Assembly (NCBI GenBank): GCA_011191875.1
Contig: DUFC01000004.1
Coordinates: 6,345-70,344, forward strand
Length of the DNA: 64,000 bases
Origin: Dehalococcoidia bacterium
GTDB taxonomy: Bacteria > Chloroflexota > Dehalococcoidia > Dehalococcoidales > W498
Direction of reading: 5' to 3'
In this document: piece after piece, positions 20,443 to 29,505 of the stretch
Position numbering within the stretch: position 1 is the first letter of the stretch
Layout: each line of letters starts with the position of its first letter
Notes under the pieces: generated by a model
What the model was told of the DNA's origin: nothing
The model's input: only the letters and a program-made list of their open reading frames with translations
The model's database searches: none
Program-made: the position numbers and the translations under genes

Positions 20443-21687
20443 ATGCTACACAAGGTCTCACTGGGAACAGGCAATATTGACAAATATCGCTTGATTCAAA
20501 ACAGAGAGGTCATTGACGAAGTTGTCAATCTTGGAGAAGAGTTAAAGGGACTGCGCTTGTGCCACATCAATTCCACCCCGTTTGGTGGTGGTGTAGCTGA
20601 GCTCCTGATTTCCTATATTCCTCTGCTTCGTGCCGTAGGCATTGAAGCCGACTGGCAGATTATCCGTGGTGACCGTCGCTTCTTTACTATTACTAAAGGC
20701 TTGCATAATGCCCTGCAAGGCGCTGTATATGAAGAAAGCAGAAATGTAAAAACACAGAGAGTATATCAGAGTAATAATGAAACCAATGCCCGTGAACTAG
20801 ACCCGAATTATGATGTTTTTATAGTAAATGACCCTCAACCTGCTGCTCTACGCCACTATTCACCGGATAGTAAAGCCAAATGGATATGGCGCTGCCACGT
20901 AGATAGCTCAGAACCAGATGACGTGACTTGGAGATTCCTACGCCCGTATATTGAAGAGTATGACGCCGCTGTGTTCACCACCGAGGATTTTATACCCCCA
21001 AACCTCCATCTAGCCAAGATCGCCACCATGGCACCAGCCATTGACCCCTTCAGTTCTAAAAATATGTTTATCAAAAGATATGTCTGTCGAGAATTGCTGG
21101 AGAACCTTGGCATTGACCGCCACCGCCCCCTAATTACTCAGGTGTCACGCTTTGACCGCTGGAAAGACCCCTCTGGCACAATAAGTGCTTACCGATTAGC
21201 TAAAGCTAAAATACCCGAGCTTCAGTTAGCCCTGGTCGGTAGCTTTGTTATCGATGACCCTGAGGCATGGGATATATATGCTGCCATTAATGAAGAGGCA
21301 ATCCGGGATGACGACATTTTTGTCTTTTCCAACCTAACCGGGGTAGGTAATATGGAGGTTAATGCCTTTCAGAGAGCCAGTGACCTGATTATTCAAAAGT
21401 CGCTTAAGGAAGGCTTTGGTCTGGTGGTAGCTGAGGCTTTATGGAAAGGAACACCAGTTATAGCTGGTAATACCGGGGGCATTCCGTTGCAGATGCCTGG
21501 CGACCTCAGTAATTACCTAGTAGATAGCGTAGAAGAGTGTGCTAAGAACATAGTATACCTATTAAAAAACCCGGCAATTAGTAAAAGTTTGGGTGAAAAA
21601 GGTAAAGAAATTATAACGGAAAACTTCCTTCTGCCCAGACTGATTAGAGATGAACTCACCCTGATAAAGAGCCTAGTTGCGAAATAG
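20443..21687 (+). CDS. GT4 glycosyltransferase, trehalose synthase (TreT)-like
   Basis: 414 aa. INSTPFGGGVAELL and FFTITKGLHNALQG in the N-terminal half, EGFGLVVAEALWKG in the C-terminal half. Confidence 0.6.
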   Translation: MLHKVSLGTGNIDKYRLIQNREVIDEVVNLGEELKGLRLCHINSTPFGGGVAELLISYIPLLRAVGIEADWQIIRGDRRFFTITKGLHNALQGAVYEESRNVKTQRVYQSNNETNARELDPNYDVFIVNDPQPAALRHYSPDSKAKWIWRCHVDSSEPDDVTWRFLRPYIEEYDAAVFTTEDFIPPNLHLAKIATMAPAIDPFSSKNMFIKRYVCRELLENLGIDRHRPLITQVSRFDRWKDPSGTISAYRLAKAKIPELQLALVGSFVIDDPEAWDIYAAINEEAIRDDDIFVFSNLTGVGNMEVNAFQRASDLIIQKSLKEGFGLVVAEALWKGTPVIAGNTGGIPLQMPGDLSNYLVDSVEECAKNIVYLLKNPAISKSLGEKGKEIITENFLLPRLIRDELTLIKSLVAK

Positions 21688-21715
21688 TTATCCTTGCCTA
21701 GTTGCTATGACAGCA

Positions 21716-22498
21716 CTACTCCTCTTCCTCTTCCTCTTCAGCCACTACATCCCTCTTCTCACCAATGTAAGGTAATAAAGCCTCTGCTTTTCCACCCTTG
21801 CGCCGTGAGGTGAAGGTTAATTTATCAATTATCTCGTGCAATTCCTTTAATTTCTCTTTAGTTTGCTCAACCCCTACTTTTATCATCACGCCCTCTACCC
21901 CTGTTTCCCACAGAGCCTGAAGTTCATCAGCCGTTACATTTGACGGCACGGAGACTACCAGGGGTTTTGTCAACAAATCAGCGAAGCGCTGAAAAAGCAT
22001 GAGGTGATGCCAGGTGAGAAAATACTCCCCGTCCTGTCCTCCATTAGTGAGTACCGCATCTACAGGTAACTCATTAACAGTTCTCAACAAGCCCTCACTA
22101 AGCGATGTCTCTACCTGTAAAATCTTACCCAGTTTAGTATCTTGAAGTAGTGCCAGCGAAGTGTTGGCTGGCGGAAAGACAATAAAATCGCAGCCAGCCT
22201 CTATTATCTGTTTGACCTCTCCCTGCCCAACATCTCTCAGCCAGCCACCCCAAGTAATATCAGGCACAACCTTACATATATTTTTAAGGGTCTTTGCTCC
22301 TTCACTCAAATTGGGAATGTGTAATAGCCCGGCATCAGCCCCAGCTACATAATCAGCTACCCCATCGACATTAGCCTCAGCTAAATCAGCAATAAGCAGT
22401 ATTCTTGGCTTCGGTGACACGTTTTGCATTGCCCTAAATCCCATAGCTTGAGGTACCGCCTGTGAAACCCGATTCAATTTATCTATAAGTCTGCTCAT
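21716..22498 (-). CDS. Hypothetical protein with alternating beta/alpha pattern and a poly-Glu tail
   Basis: 260 aa ending in AEEEEEEE. I recognise no motif. Confidence 0.55.
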   Translation of the reverse strand: MSRLIDKLNRVSQAVPQAMGFRAMQNVSPKPRILLIADLAEANVDGVADYVAGADAGLLHIPNLSEGAKTLKNICKVVPDITWGGWLRDVGQGEVKQIIEAGCDFIVFPPANTSLALLQDTKLGKILQVETSLSEGLLRTVNELPVDAVLTNGGQDGEYFLTWHHLMLFQRFADLLTKPLVVSVPSNVTADELQALWETGVEGVMIKVGVEQTKEKLKELHEIIDKLTFTSRRKGGKAEALLPYIGEKRDVVAEEEEEEE

Positions 22499-22764
22499 CT
22501 ACCTACCATAGAACTTACTGAGGAAATTATAGAGGAAATTTGAATGAAATTCAACGCAATACGCCAAGGTCGTTTTTTACATACGAAGTTCATACCTGTG
22601 ACATCTTAACAAAATTTAAACACTAATTTATCGAGCAATTAGTTCCATGGCTTTAATATGAATATGGTATCAGTGGCAAAAGAAACATAAGGTGAAGAGC
22701 GGCATTAAGTAAAACCCATAGCGGCGCTCGTTACTAAATAGATTAAGAAAAAGATAGTGGTAGT

Positions 22765-22980
22765 ATGGGTAAACTTTGCACTATACAAAATACTTTTCTG
22801 TTAAGGATGCTATTTCTTGTCGGGTTTATCGGTGGCATTGGTAGTGTATTACCTGATATTAACCACTTAATCTCATTGGCAATGGGACATCAAATTGGTT
22901 GGTGTGAGGTTTTACATCACGCTGGTTGGATAGCTTTCAGCATGCTTATCTTTGGATTACTTATCACATTTGGTATCTGA
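22765..22980 (+). CDS. Possible small membrane protein
   Basis: 71 aa with two hydrophobic stretches, in an AT-rich 600-bp gap with a weak SD. Confidence 0.3.
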   Translation: MGKLCTIQNTFLLRMLFLVGFIGGIGSVLPDINHLISLAMGHQIGWCEVLHHAGWIAFSMLIFGLLITFGI

Positions 22981-23104
22981 CAAATGCCACCTTGGTTTTA
23001 GCCGATAAAACGGCGCAAGTGATAAAACAGTAAAGGGGGGACCGATTAAAATGCAAGTAATTTAAGGACAAGATTTTATCTTTGTGATAGCCAAGCGTGA
23101 TGTC

Positions 23105-24472
23105 CTAAGGTTCTAACAGCCTATTTACCTGCTCAATCGCCTCGGCTACCACAAACAGCGACCCGGTTACACAGATGAGGTCACTCTCCCCGGCTAGAGC
23201 CAGAACTGAGGATACCGCCTGGTCAACATCTTCCACTACTTGCGTTTCAACTCCGTGCTTAGTAAATTCAGTAGCAACAGCTTCCGGTGTCATAGCCCGG
23301 GGATGGTGGGAACGGGTGGCAATAACCTTATCAAAAAGGGGAGCTAACTCGGAGACAATACCAGCTACATCCTTATCCCACGATGTCCCGATAACTAAAA
23401 TAGCCTGGGAGGCTTGTTTATTGAAGGAGCCTCGCCCCTCTAATCTAATAGACGACCCGAAGTATTGAACTAGTGACTCTTTCAGCCTCCGAGCTCCCTC
23501 AATATTCATGGCTCCATCAACCACTAGAAGAGGATGACGACTGAGAATCTGAAATCGACCGGGCCAGCTAACTTGCGCTAAACCATCAGTGATGTTATCC
23601 CTGGAAATATTAAAGCCACTTCTAGCCAAGACCTCCAGAGCCGCCACTGCAGTAGCAGCATTTTCTAACTGGTAGTAACCAAGAAGCGGAATAGATAATT
23701 CATAGTTACCCAATATTCCCCTTACCTGAAATAGCTGCCTATTTAAATCGAATCCAAGACTTTGCCAGATGACATCCCTACCTACCCTAACTAACCCCGC
23801 CCCACATTTAAGACAGGTTTCATCTATCACTTGAGCCACCTCATCAGGCTGGGGAGAGGTTACTACAACACTACCGAGCTTGATAATGCCAGCTTTCTCG
23901 GCTGCGATTTCAACCATGGAGTTACCTAATACCTCCATGTGGTCAAAGCTAATAGGGGTGATAATGCACACCTCAGGATTGATTACATTGGTGGCATCAA
24001 ACTTGCCCCCCATCCCTACCTCCAGCACCTGAAAATATACATTCTTTAGCTCAAAGTAGGCAAAGGCTAGTGTGGTTAGTAACTCAAAGGTAGTTAACTC
24101 GCCATAGTTGGCTTTCTGGTTTACCGCCTCAGCCTCAGGTTTCAGCTTCTCAACCAGAGCCACATACTCTTCCCTGGAGATTAGTTCTTTACCAATTCTC
24201 ATGCGCTCTCTCAAATCATTAAGGTGTGGTGAAGTATAAAGCCCGGTGATATAACCAGCGGCATTAAGCACTGAGGCTATCATAGCGGCTACACTTCCCT
24301 TGCCATTGGTACCGGTAATATGAACTGACCTAGCTCTTAATTGGGGATTACCTAACCGTGCCAGCAGTTCATCCACACGCCTCAGGTCATAATTGGCTGC
24401 CTCGTGTGGCATCGGCATCTTTTCATAGTCAGGATAGCTCAATATATAATCTAAAGCCTGCTGATAATTCAT
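23105..24472 (-). CDS. folC: Folylpolyglutamate synthase / dihydrofolate synthase
   Basis: 455 aa. HITGTNGKGSV P-loop, in the Mur-ligase family. Confidence 0.9.
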   Translation of the reverse strand: MNYQQALDYILSYPDYEKMPMPHEAANYDLRRVDELLARLGNPQLRARSVHITGTNGKGSVAAMIASVLNAAGYITGLYTSPHLNDLRERMRIGKELISREEYVALVEKLKPEAEAVNQKANYGELTTFELLTTLAFAYFELKNVYFQVLEVGMGGKFDATNVINPEVCIITPISFDHMEVLGNSMVEIAAEKAGIIKLGSVVVTSPQPDEVAQVIDETCLKCGAGLVRVGRDVIWQSLGFDLNRQLFQVRGILGNYELSIPLLGYYQLENAATAVAALEVLARSGFNISRDNITDGLAQVSWPGRFQILSRHPLLVVDGAMNIEGARRLKESLVQYFGSSIRLEGRGSFNKQASQAILVIGTSWDKDVAGIVSELAPLFDKVIATRSHHPRAMTPEAVATEFTKHGVETQVVEDVDQAVSSVLALAGESDLICVTGSLFVVAEAIEQVNRLLEP

Positions 24473-24515
24473 TTTCGTCCACCTTTACTTAGATAAAGCA
24501 ATTTGAGACACATCC

Positions 24516-24962
24516 TTACATATTTTTCCTTAAAAGCAAACCAATCAATAAGGGAGAAATAAGTAGAGTAAACAGAAAAAGGCTCCACAGTCTACCTTTG
24601 ATAATGTTGTAATCGGCAAGCAATTTCTCCCAAGGTTGACCCACCACATAATGCCCAAAAACAAACTCAAATAGAACGGTCAATACTACCCAAAATCCAC
24701 CAATTAAAAGCAGGTCAATGCTACTGTAATCAATTTTGACAAACCTGACAAATAGATAGGTTCCTATGATAATAAAAAAAATGGCAATAACTGTGCTAAT
24801 AACATGCGCTGGATATTCACCTATTTTAGGTGTGTAAAACTTGTTTCTAATTACTCCGTTTATAGTAGCCAAAATTCCAAATATAACCCATACCCCAAAA
24901 GCATAGAGAAATATTCCTGCGTCCATTTTAATAACCTTCCTTGTATTGGCTACTAAACTCAT
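24516..24962 (-). CDS. Hypothetical integral membrane protein
   Basis: 148 aa with about 4 hydrophobic helices. The likely start is the internal MDAGIF. Confidence 0.5.
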   Translation of the reverse strand: MSLVANTRKVIKMDAGIFLYAFGVWVIFGILATINGVIRNKFYTPKIGEYPAHVISTVIAIFFIIIGTYLFVRFVKIDYSSIDLLLIGGFWVVLTVLFEFVFGHYVVGQPWEKLLADYNIIKGRLWSLFLFTLLISPLLIGLLLRKNM

Positions 24963-25100
24963 CGGATTATATCATCGCTGATTAACTATCAACAAGTTGT
25001 TCTCGTTCACATGATTAGTGACCTCTCTGAAAAAGCTGACCATGTCAAGTTTCTCAAGAAGGTTATTTCCTTGCCTTATCATTACAAGGCACCCAACCTA

Positions 25101-25178
25101 TCGTCATTATGATGGGCAGAGCCCCGAAGCAATCTCGGAGGAGGGGGGAGGATAAAAGAGGGGACGAAGCCACTCTCT
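25101..25178. repeat. Hairpin repeat family, copy R2 (degenerate)
   Basis: TCGTCATTATGATGGGCAGAGCCCCGAAGCAATCTCGGAGGAGGGG matches the family core. The right half has diverged. Confidence 0.65.
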
Positions 25179-25400
25179 AATAATATACTAAGTCCTAAAC
25201 ACTAAATCCTAAACCCCATTAAATATGAAATTATCTCACGGGTTAAACAAATTCTAATATTTAAATTTCAAATTCAAAATAGTTTAGCTCCTTTAGATTT
25301 TGGTTATTTGGATTTGTTTAGAGCTTAGTCCTTCTTTGATCCTTCTTCGAAGGATGAAGGATAGTATTTAGGATTTGGAGCGAAGTAAAAGGACAGTGCC

Positions 25401-25526
25401 AAAGCAACCTCCTGTAATGTTCCAACTTGTCATTGCGAGGGGCACAGCCCCGAAGCAATCTCAGAGGAGGGGGGCAGACGTGAGATTGCCACGCCCTTCC
25501 ACAGAAGTACTTACAATGACATTCCC
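25401..25526. repeat. Hairpin repeat family, copy R3a
   Basis: AACCTCCTGTAATGTTCCAACTTGTCATTGCGAGGGGCACAGCCCCGAAGCAATCTC...GAGATTGCCACG...CAATGACATTCCC. Confidence 0.85.
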
Positions 25527-25530
25527 TTTT

Positions 25531-25620
25531 CGTCATTGCGAGGGGCACAGCCCCGAAGCAATCTCGGAGGAGGGGGCAGGCGTGAGATTGCCACGTCCTT
25601 CTAACGAAGGACCTTCAATA
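25531..25620. repeat. Hairpin repeat family, copy R3b (tandem to R3a)
   Basis: TCGTCATTGCGAGGGGCACAGCCCCGAAGCAATCTCGGAGGAGGGGGCAGGCGTGAGATTGCCACG is nearly identical to the R3a core. Confidence 0.85.
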
Positions 25621-25709
25621 ACAGAAAAAAAGAGATAGCTAAACAAATCCGAGAGGATATACTTGAAATTGTCTATAGTGGCTGATATTATCAACATCGG
25701 GAGAGGCGA

Positions 25710-26534
25710 GTGAATTTTACTGAAAAGTTGACACATGCCACCAAGAAAAATAATAGTTTGCTTTGCGTTGGGCTTGACCCTGACCCGGAGCTAATGCCTG
25801 ATCCTTCCCAAGGAAGGATAGGTGTCCTTGAATTCAATAAGGCAATCGTTGATGCTACTTCCGACCTGGTATGCGCCTATAAACTTAATCTTGCCTTCTA
25901 CGAAGTTCTGGAGGGCGAGGGGCTTAATGCCCTGAAGCACACTATTAAATACATACCAGATGACATACCGGTAATAGGAGATGCTAAGCGAGGCGATATA
26001 GGTAACACGGCTAAAGCTTATGCCAGAGCTATTTTTAGTAACTTTAACTTTGATGCAGCTACGGTGAGTCCCTACCTGGGCTTCGACTCAATAGAGCCCT
26101 TTATCCAGTATAGTGATAAGGGAGTATTCATTCTGTGCCGGACATCAAACGCTGGCGCTGTTGATTTCCAGTCTCTCCGCTGTGAAGTAGATTCCAACTA
26201 CCGCCCCCTATTTGAAATAGTAGCCCTAAAAGCCGAAGAATGGAATACACACGGCAATATAGGGCTAGTTGTCGGCGCTACCTACCCTGAGGAATTAAGG
26301 CTGATTCGCAATAGCCATCCCGATATGCCGCTACTGATACCTGGTATTGGTGCCCAGGGAGGAGAGCTAGCTTCGGCAGTCCGCTATGGTATTGATAGTC
26401 ATGGAGAGAAGGCAATCATCAGCTCATCACGGCAAATTATATACGCCTCACCGGAAAAGGATTTCGCCCAGGCAGCCCGGCGTGCCGCTTCATCACTAAG
26501 AGACCAGATTAACTCTTTTCGGTCTACTCTTTGA
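25710..26534 (+). CDS. pyrF: Orotidine 5'-phosphate decarboxylase (type 2)
   Basis: 274 aa. LCVGLDP, KLNLAFYE, GDAKRGDIGNT and PGIGAQGG. Confidence 0.9.
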   Translation: MNFTEKLTHATKKNNSLLCVGLDPDPELMPDPSQGRIGVLEFNKAIVDATSDLVCAYKLNLAFYEVLEGEGLNALKHTIKYIPDDIPVIGDAKRGDIGNTAKAYARAIFSNFNFDAATVSPYLGFDSIEPFIQYSDKGVFILCRTSNAGAVDFQSLRCEVDSNYRPLFEIVALKAEEWNTHGNIGLVVGATYPEELRLIRNSHPDMPLLIPGIGAQGGELASAVRYGIDSHGEKAIISSSRQIIYASPEKDFAQAARRAASSLRDQINSFRSTL

Positions 26535-26544
26535 GGCAAAAAGA

Positions 26545-26736
26545 ATGGTTATGGAGATAAAGCTGGGTGATGTCGTCCGCCTGAAGAAGAAGCATCCCTG
26601 TGGTAGCTACGAATGGGAAGTATTCAGGCTTGGAGCTGATATAGGCATTAAATGCCTCAAATGCCAGCACCGTGTTATCCTTGAGCGCAGCGTCTTTGAG
26701 CATAGAGTTAAAGCCTTTGTTTCCAGAGGTGAGTAA
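26545..26736 (+). CDS. DUF951-family small protein
   Basis: 63 aa. GDVVRLKKKHPCGS.EWEV.R.GADI.IKC..C.H is the typical DUF951 pattern. Confidence 0.75.
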   Translation: MVMEIKLGDVVRLKKKHPCGSYEWEVFRLGADIGIKCLKCQHRVILERSVFEHRVKAFVSRGE

Positions 26737-26777
26737 TGGCTCGCCGTATCATGCACATTGACTGGACACAGTTGTAA
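26736..26777 (+). pseudogene. Relic of a dinB 5' end
   Basis: ATG overlaps the DUF951 stop (TAATG). It encodes MARRIMHIDWTQL*. RIMHID matches residues 6-11 of the intact DinB at 28101 (MTNCVRIMHIDLDAFF) with synonymous codon differences and a 1-nt deletion after GAC. Confidence 0.5.
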
Positions 26778-27017
26778 TTGTACCCTCAATCCTAAAGCCA
26801 CCTTCCCCGGCTATTAGCCTAACCCTTAATGCTCCAAGAGCCTTACCTTTTTCAGAGAAGGACAGATTGCCGAGATTATGATGCGCCGGTATCAGAAGTG
26901 AACATAAGCACTGGTTTATGCCGAGTTTTTTATTACACTCATTTATCCGTTCTGGAAGGAAAATTGGGGTTCTTGTCTCTAAGCCATCAGATTTATTCTT
27001 TCGAATACCTCACTTCG

Positions 27018-27026
27018 TGTTATAAT
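27018..27026 (+). promoter_or_regulatory. Extended -10 element TGtTATAAT upstream of the nadC-like gene
   Basis: Exact TGnTATAAT, with the SD AAAGGAAGGA before the TTG start at 27059. Confidence 0.35.
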
Positions 27027-27058
27027 ATCCTTGAACTATAAAAGGAAGGAAATAAGAG

Positions 27059-28015
27059 TTGCATTTACCCGTAGAATACATTGACGCCCTTATAGAAGTT
27101 GCTTTGGCTAGGAATATAAGCTATAGCGAGATTGATACTGTAATATTAATGGGACCTCGCCTACACGGGAAGGCATCTATACTGGTCAAGGCAGAAGGAA
27201 TTCTGGCTGGTAGTGATATAGCCAAGAGGTCGTTTCTTAATGTCGACCCATCACTCCATGTCACGATGCTGATGCAAGATGGGGTTGAAGTTAAACCCGG
27301 AGACATAGTAGCCACCGTCTCCGGCTTTTTAGTCAGTATTGTCATAGCTGGGCGAGTAGCTATCAGCTTTCTCCAAGAGCTAAGCGGTACTGTTTCACAG
27401 AGAGCTCAACATAAAATTAAAACGCAGGGACACGAAGTTAATACTACCAACACTAGCCGGACAACTCCCGGTCTTAGTCTACTGAAAGAATATGAAGTGG
27501 GTACAGGTGGTAATCAAAACCACCTATTTCATTTGGGTAATAGTATCCTGATTAAGGATAATTATTTAACAGCATTGCGTGCCCTCGGTATAAGCTCAAA
27601 GGATATTATATCCAGGGCTAAACAGAATGACCTTCATGGGTTAAAGATTGAGGTAGAGGTCAATACCGTCCAGGCAGCCCTGGACGCCTTTAAAGCGGGG
27701 GCTGATATAATCATACTCGATAATATGAGCCTCGAGGAGATGCGCCGTGTGGTAAACTTTACCTCCGGTCAGGTTAAGACTAAAGTCTCAAGCGGAACTA
27801 TCCTGGATAATATACTCGCCATAGCTATGGCCGGGGTTGACATTATCTCCATTGGTGGCGTTACTCAATCATCGAAAGCCCTGGAGATTACCCTTGAGAT
27901 TGAGCCGGAAAAGTTCAATTTACTCGGCACAGGCGCTAAAATGCTAGATAATAATCTCTTTTATCCTCCCGCCAAGAATTTAGTTAATAGAAAAGGGCAA
28001 ACACCTGTCTTATAG
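27059..28015 (+). CDS. Divergent quinolinate phosphoribosyltransferase (NadC/ModD)-family protein
   Basis: 318 aa. The QPRTase layout is recognisable (LSG, TTPGL, GG..NH, LIKDN, EVEV, ILDN, GVD.IS.G), but several canonical residues are replaced, as described in the findings. Confidence 0.65.
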   Translation: MHLPVEYIDALIEVALARNISYSEIDTVILMGPRLHGKASILVKAEGILAGSDIAKRSFLNVDPSLHVTMLMQDGVEVKPGDIVATVSGFLVSIVIAGRVAISFLQELSGTVSQRAQHKIKTQGHEVNTTNTSRTTPGLSLLKEYEVGTGGNQNHLFHLGNSILIKDNYLTALRALGISSKDIISRAKQNDLHGLKIEVEVNTVQAALDAFKAGADIIILDNMSLEEMRRVVNFTSGQVKTKVSSGTILDNILAIAMAGVDIISIGGVTQSSKALEITLEIEPEKFNLLGTGAKMLDNNLFYPPAKNLVNRKGQTPVL

Positions 28016-28100
28016 CGCAGTTGTTGCTGTAATTCTTATTTACTTATCTAATCTCCTTTTAGAGTCGGAGCGTAAGGTTTAAAATTACCCTGTAAATGTT

Positions 28101-29327
28101 ATGACGAATTGTGTAAGGATAATGCACATTGACCTGGACGCCTTCTTTGTCTCCGTAGAGCAGGTACTGAATCCCGGACTCCGAGGTAAGCCGGTGGTAG
28201 TCGATGGCAGACCTGACCGCCGGGGTGTAGTTGCCTCTGCCTCATATGAAGCCCGAGCTTTTGGTTTGCATGCCGGTATGCCGCTTATTACCGCCTGCCG
28301 CCTCTGCCCCCAAGCCACCTTCATCGAGGGCAGCTTTTCCAAGTATGGAGATGCTTCACAAAAGTTTATGGCTATCCTGGCTGATTTTTCACCCTTCCTA
28401 GAGCCAGTGGGCTTAGATGAGGCTTATCTGGATGCCACTGGTTTTGAATCTATCTACGGCTCCATTTATCAGATGGCTGTCGCCATCAAACAGCGTATTA
28501 AAGATGAACTGGAGCTTTGTGCTTCAATAGGCATCGCCAGCCAGAAGGTAGTCGCCAAGGTTGCCTCTGAGCTATCCAAGCCAGATGGACTGCTGGAGGT
28601 AGCTGATGGCGAAGCGCGCTCCTTCCTGGCGCCCTTGCCTATAGCTAAACTGCCGGGAATTGGCAGCAAGGGAGAACGGATATTAAACAGCCTGGGTATT
28701 AATACTATAGGCAAACTATCTACTATGCCACTGGCTACCCTCAAAAGCCATTTTGGTGCTTCTGGTGAGCTTCTACATCGCTACGCTAATGGCATTGATG
28801 ATAGTATAGTAAAGCTTCCCGGTGCCGCCAAGTCTATTAGTCGTGAAACTACCTTTGGTAAAGACACCAAAGACCGCTCCTTACTCATGGCGACACTGCG
28901 CTATCTTAGCGAACGAGTTGGCAGTGATTTGCGCCAGCGGAGTAAGCGGACGAGGTGCATAACCCTAAAACTCAGATATGCTGATTTCACCACTATTACC
29001 CGCAGTCACACCTTGAGACAGGGCAGTAATACCGACCAGACCATCTTTGACACCGGACTCCAATTACTGAGGAAAGCACTATCACCAGAAAAGCGACCGG
29101 TTCGTCTCATCGGTATCGGGGTATCGAACCTGATTGAGCCGGGCAAACAACTAGACATGCTGGACTCCTCAACCCAAAGGCTAGAGCAACTAAATAAAGC
29201 CATTGACCACATCCGCAAAAAATACGGCTTTACTGCAATACAAACGGGACGAACTCGGCTACTTAAGGATATCTTCCCCCCAAGCGGGGATGGCTACACC
29301 ATGCACACTCCCTCCCTTTCACAGTAG
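28101..29327 (+). CDS. dinB: DNA polymerase IV
   Basis: 408 aa. IMHIDLDAFFVSVE, SYEAR.FG, LDEAYLD and the little-finger domain. Confidence 0.93.
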   Translation: MTNCVRIMHIDLDAFFVSVEQVLNPGLRGKPVVVDGRPDRRGVVASASYEARAFGLHAGMPLITACRLCPQATFIEGSFSKYGDASQKFMAILADFSPFLEPVGLDEAYLDATGFESIYGSIYQMAVAIKQRIKDELELCASIGIASQKVVAKVASELSKPDGLLEVADGEARSFLAPLPIAKLPGIGSKGERILNSLGINTIGKLSTMPLATLKSHFGASGELLHRYANGIDDSIVKLPGAAKSISRETTFGKDTKDRSLLMATLRYLSERVGSDLRQRSKRTRCITLKLRYADFTTITRSHTLRQGSNTDQTIFDTGLQLLRKALSPEKRPVRLIGIGVSNLIEPGKQLDMLDSSTQRLEQLNKAIDHIRKKYGFTAIQTGRTRLLKDIFPPSGDGYTMHTPSLSQ

Positions 29328-29400
29328 CCAGAAACGAGGACAAACTGTTGCTCCCAGAAACAAACTATGCTAATATGCTGGAAGGAAAGCCAGGGCAAAT

Positions 29401-29474
29401 CGGGGTGTAGCGCAGCCAGGTAGCGCACCTGAATGGGGTTCAGGTGGTCGGAGGTTCAAATCCTCTCACCCCGA
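29401..29474 (+). tRNA. tRNA-Pro (anticodon GGG)
   Basis: A manual cloverleaf fits: acceptor CGGGGTG/CACCCCG, D arm GCGC-AGCCAGGTA-GCGC, anticodon arm CCTGA-ATGGGGT-TCAGG (GGG with G37), and T arm GGAGG-TTCAAAT-CCTCT. CCA is not encoded. Confidence 0.9.
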
Positions 29475-29505
29475 TACTCAATTTGTTAACAACAATAATC
29501 CCGAT

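Noticed and set aside
25401-25620. A possible CRISPR array, because two near-identical units sit in tandem.
   Set aside because: There are only two units, each about 90-125 bp and internally palindromic with its own inverted termini. There are no regularly spaced short repeats with unique spacers and no cas genes. Copies of the same unit are dispersed singly elsewhere.
25318-25736. Three overlapping track ORFs (25318..25548 -, 25375..25638 +, 25533..25736 -), and likewise 42118..42309 -, 50300..50620 - and 51884..52072 -.
   Set aside because: They lie entirely on the intergenic hairpin repeats. Their peptides (…PKQSQRRG…, …HCEGHSPEAISEE…, …PLLRGKGIG…) are translation artefacts of the repeat consensus, and they have no SD or start context.
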